NCBI RefSeq assembly: GCF_009914755.1
Contig: NC_060930.1
Length of the DNA: 64,000 nt
DNA from: the human T2T-CHM13v2.0 reference genome, Homo sapiens
Direction: 5' to 3' (one strand)
In this document: positions 19,101 to 31,899 of the stretch, one piece after another
Layout of the letters: every line of letters starts with the position of its first letter
Numbering within the stretch: the stretch's first letter is position 1
Translations under genes and position numbers: made by a program
Notes under the pieces: generated by a model
The model's input: the letters and a program-made list of their open reading frames with translations, nothing else
Told to the model about the DNA's origin: nothing
Database searches by the model: none

Positions 19101-22010
19101 GAAAGACCCCATTACACTACCAACAATTTATGCAGTGAATCTTTCTCTCATCCTTTCCCAAGGAGACCTCTGGCCTTTCACCAGGGTAACTTTATTGGGT
19201 AAAGGGAAGTGATCAGATATTTTGGATACTGGCTCTGAACTGACATTGGTTCCTGCGACCCAAAATGTCATTGTGGTCCTCCAGTTAACCTAGGGACTTA
19301 TGGAGGTCAGGCAATTAATGGAGTTTTAGCTCAGGTCCAGCTTTCAGTGGGTCCACTGGGTCCCCGGACTCATCCTGTGGTCATTTCCCCAGTGCCAGAA
19401 TGCATAATTGACATAGACATACTTAACAGCTGGCAGAACCCCCATATTGGTTCCCTGACTGGTAGAGTGAGGGCTATTATGGTAAGAAAGGCCAAATGGA
19501 AACCATTAGAGCTGCCTCTATCTAGAAAAATAGTAAATCAAAAACAATATTGCATCCCTGGAGGGATTGCAGAGATTAGTGCCACGATTGAAAGATGCAG
19601 GGGTGGTGATTCCCACCACATCCTTGCTCAACTTTCCTATTTGGCCTGTGCAGAAGACAGATGGATCTTCGGGAATGACAGTGGATTATTGTAAGCTTAA
19701 CCAAGTGATGACTCGAATTGCAACTGCTGTACCAGATGTGTTTTCATTACTTAAGCAAATTAACACATCTCCTGGTACCTGGTATGCAGCCATTGACTTG
19801 GCAAGTGGCTTTTTCTCCATTCCTGTCCATAAGGCCCACCAGAAGCAATTTGTCTTCAGCTGACAAGGCCATCAATATGCCTTTACTGTCCTATCTCAGG
19901 AGTATATCTACTCTCTGGCTTTGTGTCATGATCTTATTCAGAAAGAACTTGATTGTTTTTTGCTTCTGCAAGATACCACACTGTTCCATTACGTTGATGA
20001 CATTATGCTTATTGGATCCAGTGAGCAAGAAGTAGCAAACACACTGGATTTATTGGGGAGATGTTTGCATGCCAGAGGATGGGAAATAAATCCTACTAAA
20101 ATTTAGGGACCTTCTACCTCAGTAAAATGTCTAGGGGTCCAATGGTGTGGGGCATGTCAAGATATTCCTTCTAAGGTAAAGGATAATTTGCTGTATTTTT
20201 CCCCTCCTACAACCAAGAGAGGGGCACAATGCCTAGTGGGGCTATTTTGATTTTGGAGGCAACACATTCCTCACTTCAGTGTGTTACTCGTGCCCGTTTA
20301 TTGAGTGACCCAAAACACTGCCAGCTTTGAGTGGGGTCCAGGATAGGAGAAGGCTCTGCAACAGGTCCAGGCTGCTGTGCAGCTGCTCTGCCATTTGGGC
20401 CACATGACCCAGCAGATCCAATGGTGCTTCAGGTGTCGTTGGCTAATGGATATGCTGTTTGGAGCCTCTGGCAGGCCCCCATAGGTGAATCACAGTGGAG
20501 GCCTCTAGGATTTTGGAGCAAAGCCCTGCCATCTTCTGCAGATAACTACTCTCCTTTTGAGAGATAGCTGTTGGCCTATTACTGGGCTTTGGTGGAAACT
20601 GAACGTTTGACTGTGGGTCATCAAGCCACCATGAGATCTGAACTGCCTATCATGAACTGGGTGTTTGCTAACTTATCTAGCCATAAAGTGGATTGTGCAC
20701 AGCATCATTCCATCATCAAATGGAAGTGGTATATATGTGATTGGGCTTGAGCAGATCCTGAAAGCAGAAGTAAGTTACATGAGGAAGTGGCTCAAATGCC
20801 CATGATCTCCACTCCTGCCACCCTGCCTTCTCTTTCCCAGCCTGCACTGATAGCCTCCTGGGGAGTTCCCTATGATCAGCTGACAGAGGAAGAAAAGACT
20901 AAGGCCTCGTTCGCAGATGGTTCTGCATGACATGCAGGCATCACCCAAAAGTGGACAGCTGTAGCACTACAGCCCCTTTCTAGGACATCCCTGAAGGACA
21001 GTGGTGAAGGGAAATCTTCCCAGTGGGCAAAACTTTGAACAGGGCACCTGGCTGTGCACTTTTCATGGAAGGAGAAATGGCCAGATGTGCAATTATATAC
21101 TGATTCATGGGCTGTAGCCAGTGGTTTGGCTGGATGGTCAGGAACGTGTAAGAAGCATGATTGGAAAATTGGTGACAAAGAAATCTGGGGAAGAGGTATG
21201 TGGATGGACTTCTCTGAGTGCTCAAAAACTGTGAAGATATTTTTATCCCATGTGAGTACTCACCAATGTGTGACCTCAGCAGAGGAGGATTTTAATAATC
21301 AAGTGGATAGAATGACCCATTCTGTGGACACCACTCAGCCTCTTTCCCCAGCTACCCCTGTCATTGCCCAATTGGCCCATGAATAAAGTGGCCATGGTGG
21401 CAGTGATGGAGGTCATGCATGGTCTCAGCAACATGGACTTCCACTCACTAAGGCTCACCTGGCTAAGGCCACTACTGAGTACCCAATTTGCCAGAAGCAG
21501 AGACCAACACTGAGCCTTCTATATGGCACCATTCCTCAGGGTGCTCAGCCAGCTACCTTGTGATAGGTTGATTATATTGGACTTCTTCCATGATGTAAAG
21601 GGCAGATACGGGTTTGCCTGTCCTGCACACAATGCTTCTTCCAACCCTACCATCCGGGGACTCACGGAATGCCTTATCCACCATCATGGTATTCCACACA
21701 GCATTGCCTCTGACCAAGGCACTAACTTTACGGCTAAATAAGTGTTACAGTGGGCTCATGCTCATAGATCACTGGTTTTACCATGTTCCCCATCCAGAAG
21801 CAGCTGGATTAATAGAATGGTGGAATGGCCTTTTGAAGTCACAATTACAATGCCGACTAGGTGACAATACTTTGCAGGCCTGGGGCAAAGTTTCCAGAAT
21901 GCTGTGTATGCTCTGAATCAGTGTCAATATATGGTACTGTTTCTTCCATAGCCATGATTCAGGGGTCCAGGAATCAAAGTGTGGAAGTGGCAGCGGCACC
22001 ACTCACCATC
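19100..22010 (+). pseudogene. HERV-L pro-pol remnant (protease, RT, RNase H, integrase)
   Basis: Protease LDTGSELTL at 19222-19248. [33 protein letters not shown] and YVDD at 19990-20001. RNase H LYTDSWAVASGLAGWSG. Integrase HGIPHSIASDQGTNFT and HPEAAGLIEWWNGLLK. Multiple stops, e.g. TGA at 19861. Confidence 0.9.
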
Positions 22011-22870
<860 letters not shown>

Positions 22871-23179
22871 AATTGCCATATTTCCTCCTTCTTTTGTTAA
22901 AAATATGTCTGTGCATGTATATACTTGTACTAAGAAAATATCTTCATTCTATTTTCTTTTTCCTTTATCATGTGACATAGATTTATTGGCTTCATGTCAG
23001 CATTTAAGTGTTGTTAACTTTATATAATAGTATTTGGGTTGGGGACTGGTGCATTTCCAGTTGTATGAAGGATAACTGTATTATGTTAGGCATAATTATG
23101 ACCTTATTATTGTCTTTATTTGAAGATTATGTATGATCTTATGAGATGTGTATGGGTTCAAGTTGACAAGTGATAGACT

Positions 23180-23619
23180 TGTGATGGTTAATACTGAGTG
23201 TCAATTTGATTGGATTGAAGGATGCAAAATATTGATCCTGGGTGTGTCTGTGAGGGTGTTGCTGAAGGAGATTAACATTTGAGTCAGTGGGCTGGGAAAG
23301 GCAGACCCACCCGTAATCTGGGTGGGCACCATCTAATTAGCTGCCAGCATGGCTAGAATATAAAGCAGGCAGAAAAACGTGAAAAGACTAGACTGGCCTA
23401 GCCTCCCAGCCTACATCTTTCTCCTGTGCTGGATGCTTCCTGCACTCAAACATTAGATTCCAAGTTCTTCAGTTTTGGGACTCAGACTGGCTTTCCTTGC
23501 TCCTCAGGTTGCAGACAGCCTATTGTCGGACCTTGTGATCATGTCAGTTAATACTTAATAAACTCATATATATATATCTCCTATTAGCTCTGTCCCTCTA
23601 GAGAATCCTGACTAATAAA
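23180..23619 (+). mobile_element. 3' LTR, MLT2A1
   Basis: Direct repeat of 16849-17291, from 'tgtgatggttaatactgagtg' to 'gagaatcctgactaataaa'. Preceded by a degenerate polypurine tract. Confidence 0.92.
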
Positions 23620-24804
23620 GACCCTAAACTGTAGCTTTGTCATTTTGAGGACTTTGACACATGTATTTGTAGCCAATGCATAACTTCAGACTTGGATTTT
23701 ACATTATAATGTTTCAGACACTTGATAAGAATCTTGCTATCTCTTCTCAGAAATCACTCAGTTCACTATTTTCAGTCACAACTAAACTTGCCATGCTTTT
23801 TGATATTGAATCTTGACACATTTCCTCAAATTTCTTCAGCATTTCAATCTCACCTGCCATTATTTGTCCTACTCTATTCTATGCACTTCATGGAATGACT
23901 TACTCTGCCTTTTCCTTTCCTTTCTTTGTTTTTAATATAAGTCATCAGGCCTCATACTAAGTATAAGATCAGGAAAATTACACCACCTTAACTGTATATA
24001 CTTTGCAATCAAGAATATTATGCAGTGGTAAAACTGCTTCTCCTTATGCTAGTCAAAGACATTGATGGAGTTTTTCTGTGGTAGATTTTACAACTGAAGT
24101 AAACAAAATATAATATTACTAGGAGATCCTGCCAATCATAATACGGGCTAAAGATCTCCTTATGTAAAAAGTAGAATGCCTGGAAGCTGTTTGACTTGCA
24201 GAGATATTTAATTTATTACATATACACTACCAGCAAGATGGAACCAACTGTTCTTAACTCTTGCTAAAAAGATATGACACTTAACTCTGACCAAAAGAAC
24301 ATTATTAAGTAGAAGTGACAGAAGTGGCTATATAATCTTATCATTTTAATCTTAGAGCGTATCACATTTTACTCCTCTTAGTATAACTCACACATAATAA
24401 ATATAATTAGCACAGTGCAGAAGTTTTAAGTACATGAAAGTATTGTCAACTTTTAGTGTATTTCACAAAACTTGCACACTGAACCACCTTATAGCATAAC
24501 CAGAAAAAAAGACATTACTAGACAGACATGGAAAGCACATTTCCAAAAGTTCATTAAAAAAAGACTCTTAAAACTTATTTAATAAAATTACAGGTGAATA
24601 ATATGGTTACCCCATACAGAAGAAAAGCTGTGAAATCATCTAAAGAAAGCAGTGTGTGCCATGGAGAGTTACCTAATGAGATATGATTTCAAAGGGTGTG
24701 TAAATCAGGCAGCAGATGTAGCAGGGGAAGGATGCAGGGGTAAAAAAAAAAAAAAAAATGATAGTTTGTGCTTTAGAACTTTTCTGCATTAAGAATAAAT
24801 TTTA

Positions 24805-25650
24805 TAAAAATAAACTTTTACCTTAGGACAGTTTTAGATTTATAGAAAAAATTGTGAAGATAATGTAGAGTTCCAGCACCCAGTGTTCTCTATTGTTAAC
24901 AAGTATGGTTACTACTGCTAAATCAATGATGATACATTATTAATAACTAATTTTCATACTTTATACAAGTTTCTTTAGTTTTTACCTAATTTACTTTTTA
25001 TGTTCCAGGATACCATCCAAGATCCTACATTGCACTTAGTTTTTATATCTTCTTAGCTTCCTCTTGTCTGTGACCATTTCTCAGACTTTTCTTGTTGTTG
25101 GTAACCTGGATAGTTTTGAGGAGTACTGGTCAGGTATTTTGCAGAATAGCCCTCAATTGGCATTTGTATAATTTTCTTCATGATTAGAATTAGGTTATGG
25201 ATTTTGGGGAGAAAAACTACAGAGGTAAAGTGACATTCTCATCAAATCGTATCAAGGTACATACCACCAAAAAGACTTATCACTGTTGCTGTGAATGATT
25301 ACTTGACTGAAATAGTTTGAGTCAGGTTACTCCACTGTAAAATTACTTTTTTCCCCCTTACATGCTGTACTCTTTGGAAGTAAGTCACCATATACAGCCC
25401 AAATTCTTAAGGAGTAAGCAGTTATGCTTCACCTCCTTGCGAGTGAAGTATCTGCATAAATTATTTGAAATTCTTCTGCACAGAAGACTCATCTATTTTC
25501 TTCCATGTATTTATTTATTCAATCATTTTTTTTTATCAGAATGGACTCAGATATTTACTTGATGTTTTGGGTTGTCATCTAAAGTTAAATTATTTTGTTG
25601 CTCTAATTGTTCAAACTTTGACTGTTGAGATCATTTTTAGTTGGCTCCTA
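24805..25650 (-). mobile_element. Old L1MC/MD-like 3'UTR, left part (host of the L1PA13/14-like insertion)
   Basis: 'cagttttagatttatagaaaaaattgtgaagataatgtagagttcc' and 'ttttgaggagtactggtcaggtattttgcagaat' are typical minus-strand L1MC/MD 3' phrases. Confidence 0.7.
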
Positions 25651-28600
25651 TATATCATTAAGGCAGAAAATTAACAAAGATATTTAGGACTTAAACTCAG
25701 CATTGGACCGAATGAATCTGCTAGACCTTTAGAGACATCTCCACCCCCCGACCAGTCCCCACCAAACAACAGATTATACATTCTTCTCATTGCCATATGG
25801 CACATACTCTAAAATTGACCACATAATTAGGCATACAACAATCCTCAACAAATGTAAAAGAACTGAAATCACACCAAACACACTGTTGGACCACAGCACA
25901 ATAAAAATCGAAGTCATCACAATGACAATTGCTCAAAATCATGCAATTACATGGAAATTAAGCAACATGCTCCTGAATGACTTTTGGGTAAATAATGAAA
26001 TTAAGGCAGAAATCAAAAACGTCTTTGAAAATAATGAGAATAAAGATACAACATACTGGAATCTCTGGGACACAGCTAAGGCAATGTTAAGACAGAAATT
26101 CTTAGCGCTAAATGCCCACATCAAAAAGTTAGAAAGATCTCAAATTAACAGACAAACTTCACAACTGAAAGAATTAGAGATGCAAGAACAAATCAACCCC
26201 AAAGCTAGCAGAAAATGACAAATAACAAATCTCAGAGCTGAATTGAAGGAAATTGAAATATAAAAAAAAAAATTCAAAAGATCAATGAATCTAGGAGTTG
26301 GTTTTTTTCAAAAAATTACTAAAATAAATAGACCACTAGTTAGACTAATTAAGAAGAAAAGAAAGATGATCCAAATAAATACAAGTAGAAATGACAAAGG
26401 GAATCTTACTACTGACTCCACAGAAATAAAAACAATCATCAGAAAGTACTACAAAAACCCTTACACACACACAAACTAGAAAACCTAGAAGAGATGGATA
26501 AATTGCTGGACACATACAGCCTCCCAAGATTGAACCAGAAAGAAATTAATTCCCTGAACAGATCATTAATGAGCTCCAAAATTGAATCAGCAATAAATAA
26601 CCTACCAATGAAAAAAGACCAAGACCTAATGGATTCATAGCCAAATATTAACAGATGTACAAAAAAAGAGCTAGTACCATATCCACAGAAACTATTCCAA
26701 AAAATTGAGGAGGATGGCCTTCTCCCTAACTCATTTTTCTGAGGCCAGCATCATCTTGATACCAAAACCTGGCAGAGACACAACAACAACAACAAAAACT
26801 TCTGTTCAATATCCTTGATGAACATTGATGCAAAAATCCTCAACAAAATACTTGCAAACCAAATCCAACAGCACATTAAAAAGCTAATCCACCATGATCA
26901 AGTAGGCTTCATCCCTGGGATGCAAGGATATTTCAACATACACAAATCAATAAATGTGATTCATCACATAAGCAGAACTAAAGACAAAACCCACATGATT
27001 CTCTCAGTAGATGGAGAAAAGGGTTTTGATAAAATTCAACATTCCTTCATATTAAATACTCTCAATAAACTAGGTATTTAAGGAACATACTGCAAAATAA
27101 TAAGAGCCATCTATGAGAAACCTACAGCCAACATTGGGAAAAAGCTGGAAGCATTCTCCTTGAAAACCAGCACAAGACAAAGATGCCCTCTCTCACCACT
27201 TCTATTCAATACAGTATTGGTAGTCCTAGCCAGAGCAATCAGGCAAGAGAAAGAAATGAAGGCATCCAAATAGGAAAAGAGAAAGTCAAACTATCTCTGT
27301 TTGCTGATGACAGGATTCTGTTCTAGAAAACACCATAGTCACAGTCCAAAAGCTCCTTCAGCTGATGACTTCAGCAAAGTTGCAGGATACCAAATCAATG
27401 TACAAAAATTACTAGCATTGCTATGCACCGACAACAACCAAACTAATATCCAAATGAGAAAGGCAATATCATTCACAATTGCCACACACACACAATAAAA
27501 TAAAATAAAATTCCTAGGAAAACAGCTAACCAAGGAGGTGAAAGATCTCTACACTGAGAATTACAAAACACTGCTCAAGGAATCAGAGAAGACACAAATG
27601 AATGGAAAAACATCCCATGTTCATGGATTGGAAGAATCAATATCATGGCAATTGTGACCCAAACAATCTACAGATTCAGTGCTATTCCTATCAAACTACA
27701 AATGACATTTCACAGAACTAGAAAAAATTATTTTAAAAGTCATATGGAACCAAAAAGGAGCCTCAATAGTCAAGGCAATTATAAGAAAAATGAACAAAGC
27801 TGGAGAAATTACAGTACCTGATTTCAAACTATACTATGAGGCTACAGTAACCAAAACAGCATGGTACTGGTACAAAAATAGGCACATAGACCAATAGAAC
27901 AGAAAGAAGAGACAAGAAATAAGGCTGCACATGTACGACCATCAGATCTTCAGCAAAGCTGACAAAAACAAGCAATGGGAAAAGACTCCCTATTCAACAG
28001 ATGGCACTGAGATGACTGGCTAGCCATATGCAGAAGATCGAAGCTGGACCTCTTCCTTATACCATATATAAAAAGCAACTCAAGATGGAATAAAGACTTA
28101 AATGTAAAACCCAACTATAAAAGCCCTAGAAGACAACTGAGACATTACCATCCTGGACCTAGGAACAGGCAAAAATTTCATAACAAAGACATCAAAAGCA
28201 ATCACAACAAAGTCAAAGACTAAAGAGCTTCTGTGCAGCAAGAGAAACTATCAGAGTAAACAGATAACCTACAGAATGGGAGAAAATTTTTGCAAAGTAT
28301 GCATCTTACAAAGGTTGAACATCCAGCGTCTATAAGGAACTTAAACAAATTTACAAGAGAAAAACAAACCACCCCATTAAAAAGTGTTTAAAGGACTCGA
28401 ACAGACACTTCTCAAAAGAAGATATACAAGCCACCAACAAGCATATGAATAAAAGCTCAAAATTATGTGTCATCAAAGAAATGTAAATGAAAACTGCCAT
28501 CTCACACCAGTCAGTATGGCTATTATTAATAAGTCAAAAAAATAGTAGATTGTGATGAGGTTTCAGAGAAAGGGAATACTTATACACTGTTGCTGGGAGT

Positions 28601-28896
28601 GTATCATTCCCAATGGTAAATTAGTTCAACCATTGTGGAAAGCAGTATGGCAATTCCTCAAAGAGCTAAAAGCAGAACTACCATTCTACCCAGCAATCCC
28701 ATTACTGAATATATACCCAGATAAATATAAAGCATTCTACCATAAAGACACGTGCATGCAAATGTTCAATCCTGCACTGTTTGCAATAGCTAAGACATGC
28801 AATCAACCTAAATGCCTATTAATGACAGACTGAATAAGGAAAATGTGCTACGTATACACCATGGAATATTATGCAGTCATAAAAATGGGCAAGATC

Positions 28897-31463
28897 TTGA
28901 AGTACAAGAGGACTCTGCTAGCAACAAGATACAAGCAGGGAGTAATGGTAGAAGAGGAGCAAAGCTGGTTGTCAAGGGCTCTCTTCTGATATAGAGAGTT
29001 AAAAATATCTGCACAAATGCACTAAGTAAAAGAATGGGAAGATGAGCTATAATACCAGAGACAGAAGGCATTCCTCCCAGAAGCAAGAAGGGAAGTGGAG
29101 CACAAAACAATGTCACAGGGTACTGCTACCAGAGTTGCACAAACTGTGCTCTGTTCCAAGGGAGAAACACCTCAAGATAAGAGGGAAAGCAGCTCTCTTT
29201 TTTATCATTTCTCCCTGATGGTTTTAAAGACCCGAAGCCCAGACTCTTGCAGCACTGAACCATAGGTGGGATACAGGGAGGAGAGACAGAGGGTAAGGAA
29301 CATGAATGATGTTAAACACACAAAGCCTCTGTATCCCTTCCACAGACTTCCCAGCCAGGCAGTTGTTGGTAGGTTGATACTTGATTTGGGACAAAATTGC
29401 AGGGGTATGAGGGGGTGGCTCTCAATTAAAAAAACAACTAGGAAATCCAATTTATTTGTTTTCCTCTAAGGGCTGCTTAGCTCTACAGAAATACACCAAG
29501 GGCCCTCAATCTATCCTGTTTAACCAGGAAGGGGAACAGGAGACAGGGAGAAGAAATGGTCAGATGAAGATCATCTTCTCATCATTTGCCACCCAGAAGA
29601 AGAGAGGGAGGTAGAGACTGTGATGGGGACTGCTGGTATTGCATCATCTGTCTTTCATTGTTGATCCTATTGGCCAAATCAGGTGCACACAAGTATCTAC
29701 ATTGCTGCTTTTCTTCTAATCCTTGCAGGAGAGTCAGATGCCCATCTCAAACTGAGCATCATCCCCAACTGCGTGTTTCCTCTCATGATTGTTTATGTTG
29801 TTCAAATTGTTTACTTCTACTCTGGAGTCTTCGATTAAGGTGCCAGGGCTAGTGACTTCTGGGATATTTGGTAGATGGCAGGGTGGGGTCTGAACCATGG
29901 GAGAATTGCAATAATCCAACAGAAACTTTCTATCATAAAAGATTTGAGTTCCTCCCCGTGTGGTGAGAAGAGTGCCCCCCCTCCCCCGCAACCCTGTGTG
30001 GTGCAGTAGTCATGAGGTAACTGTGCAGCGTCGCTGATGGCCACGGTGCGGCTGGGGATGGTGCGGCTCTGGCTGAAGTCCTGTTGTACTTGAAGACAGT
30101 GAAGTGATTTTGTCTGTTCCCAGAACAGCACCATACCAAGCAATAGAGGAAATTTAATCTCCACTTGGTGGGTAAGGTTTGATCACAGTATTTTGTCCGA
30201 TAATGCCTAAGAATGATCTCTGTAGAGTGTTGACCCACTTGAGTACCCACTCTCAGTAGTCACTTTTAAATACAGTGAGCATTGTGATATTTGTTCTCAG
30301 ATTGCAGTTTCTTATGTTTTGAGTTTGAAGTTGATTTTTAGAATGTTCCTAGAGAAGAACTGCAGTTTTTTTTTTTTTTTCCTTTGTGGATCTGCTTTAT
30401 TTGGCTGCTGGGATAGATAAGTATGGGCTTAAAAAATGTGTTCCTCCTTTGTTCTCTTGTCTTTCCTATTGTACTCTGAATTTCCCTTCCTTTTCTTCTC
30501 TCCCTCTCTTCCTCCCTCACTGTCTTCCTCTCTCCTTCCTTTTCTTCCTTTTTCTCTGCCAGGCCATTTTTCAAATGTACATCAAAGATACCTCAAGTGT
30601 TTGTTTCCGAGAATATCTGTCAGTTCTCTTATCTGAGGAGTGGCCTTTTATTTTTATGACTTCAGGCCTATTTTTAGAGATTTTTCAGTGCAATTTTGAA
30701 CAGCACCTTTTTAATGAAACATCTTCCAGTGTTAGAAAGGTGAGAAATGTTCATAGGCGAGTCTGCTGTTCTATGTCACCATCTTTTGTCGCCCCCAGCC
30801 CTCCAGGAGCTCTTTCCTTACCCCTCTAGTTTTGAGTGTGCATGTTTGGAGTTTATAGTGAGTGGTTTGTAAAACTGTTTAATTCTGCCTTGCCATGGAT
30901 TGTTCATGAAAGCCTCATTGTTTTCCCTGACCCTTTAGCTTTTGCATTTACCCTCCTCTTCACCCACCTTTCCTGGGACTAGTGCCCTGCATAATAATCT
31001 CTGAAGAATGACTCTCCATAGAAAGACTAAAGCATCCATCTCCTCATAGTTAAGTAAAGTAGCCACTGGTAGTGGCTGGGAATTTCTGGTTGTATTTGGT
31101 GCCTTGAGCCCTCTTATCAAGAAATCAGATCCCAAGGTGTGAGTAACAGGCCAATTGGCCAAAAAAGAAACATGTTTGTTTTCCTTTTGGTCTACGAAAA
31201 GAACCTGTTTGTGAATATAGTTTAGAAACAAGAGAGGAAGGATGTCTGCAGAACTTTGTTGTGTTTTCTGCTACAAAAATATGAATAGTTCAAAGAATGA
31301 AAATCTTTTGTGATGGTTGATGTCTCTCAGGAATATGCTGGATCTCCAGTATTTAGGGAATGCTTTGAGTCTCTAAAATTGATAATCAGAAAAGTATTTT
31401 TGTTTGTCTGCTTAATGTATCCCCATTCTGATTTTAATTAAACTCCAAATCTCATTGTACATA
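28897..31463. pseudogene. EIF4EBP2P: Processed pseudogene of EIF4EBP2 (4E-BP2) with 5' inversion: CDS and proximal 3'UTR on - (28897-30075), distal 3'UTR on + (30077-31463)
   Basis: Minus-strand translation [26 protein letters not shown]...[67 protein letters not shown] matches human 4E-BP2 and is intronless. ATTAAA at 31437-31442 is followed by a short A-run. Degenerate 16-bp TSD at 28881-28896 and 31464-31479. Confidence 0.95.
29734..30075 (-). pseudogene. EIF4EBP2P: Disabled 4E-BP2 coding region (about codon 11/12 to stop)
   Basis: No ATG or first ~10 codons. G-rich insertion and frameshift at ~29965-29995. eIF4E-binding YDRKFLL is retained; RAIP is changed to RTIP and the TOS motif FEMDI to FEMGI. 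Confidence 0.93.
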
Positions 31464-31899
31464 AAAAAAGAATGAGATCATGGCTTTTGCGGGATCACAG
31501 ATGGAGCTGCATGCTATCATCTTTAGCAAACTAATGCAGGAATAAACAGGAAAACCAAATACTGAATGTTCTCACAAGTGGGAGCTAAATGATAAGAACT
31601 TAAAAACACAAAGAAGGAAATAACAGACATTGGGGTCTACTTGAGGGGCGAGGGTGGGAAGAGAGAGAGGAGCAGAAAAGATAACTGTTGGATACTGAGT
31701 TTAATACCTGGGTGATGTAATAATACATACAACAACCCCCCATGACATGTGTTTATCTATGTAACAAACCTTCACATATACCCCCAAGCCTCAAATAAAA
31801 ATAAAAATAAGAAATATATGTTATGAAACAATTAATCTAACAAAGTCAGTAAGAACTCACAATCAAATGGCAATTAAATACCTGGCAAATGTGAAATAT

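Larger units (their letters stand above)
25651..31811 (+). mobile_element. 5'-truncated LINE-1, L1PA13/14-like (ORF2 from the endonuclease region to the tail), interrupted by the EIF4EBP2 retrocopy
   Basis: ORF2 fragments [10 protein letters not shown]...[16 protein letters not shown] and [37 protein letters not shown]. 3'UTR 'agcagaaaagataactgttggatactgagtttaatacctgggtgatg' and A-rich tail at ~31793-31811. L1 sequence stops at 28896 and resumes at ~31464. Confidence 0.9.

Noticed and set aside
29835-30250. ORFs that appear to give 4E-BP2 a new N-terminus ([10 protein letters not shown]..., MGTQVGQH...)
   Set aside because: They read across the inversion junction from antisense 3'UTR sequence, then leave the 4E-BP2 frame or never enter it. 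There is no sign of a promoter or of selection.
30386-30829. 147-aa hydrophobic ORF
   Set aside because: It arises from a CT-rich tract in the retrocopied 3'UTR and is a compositional artefact.
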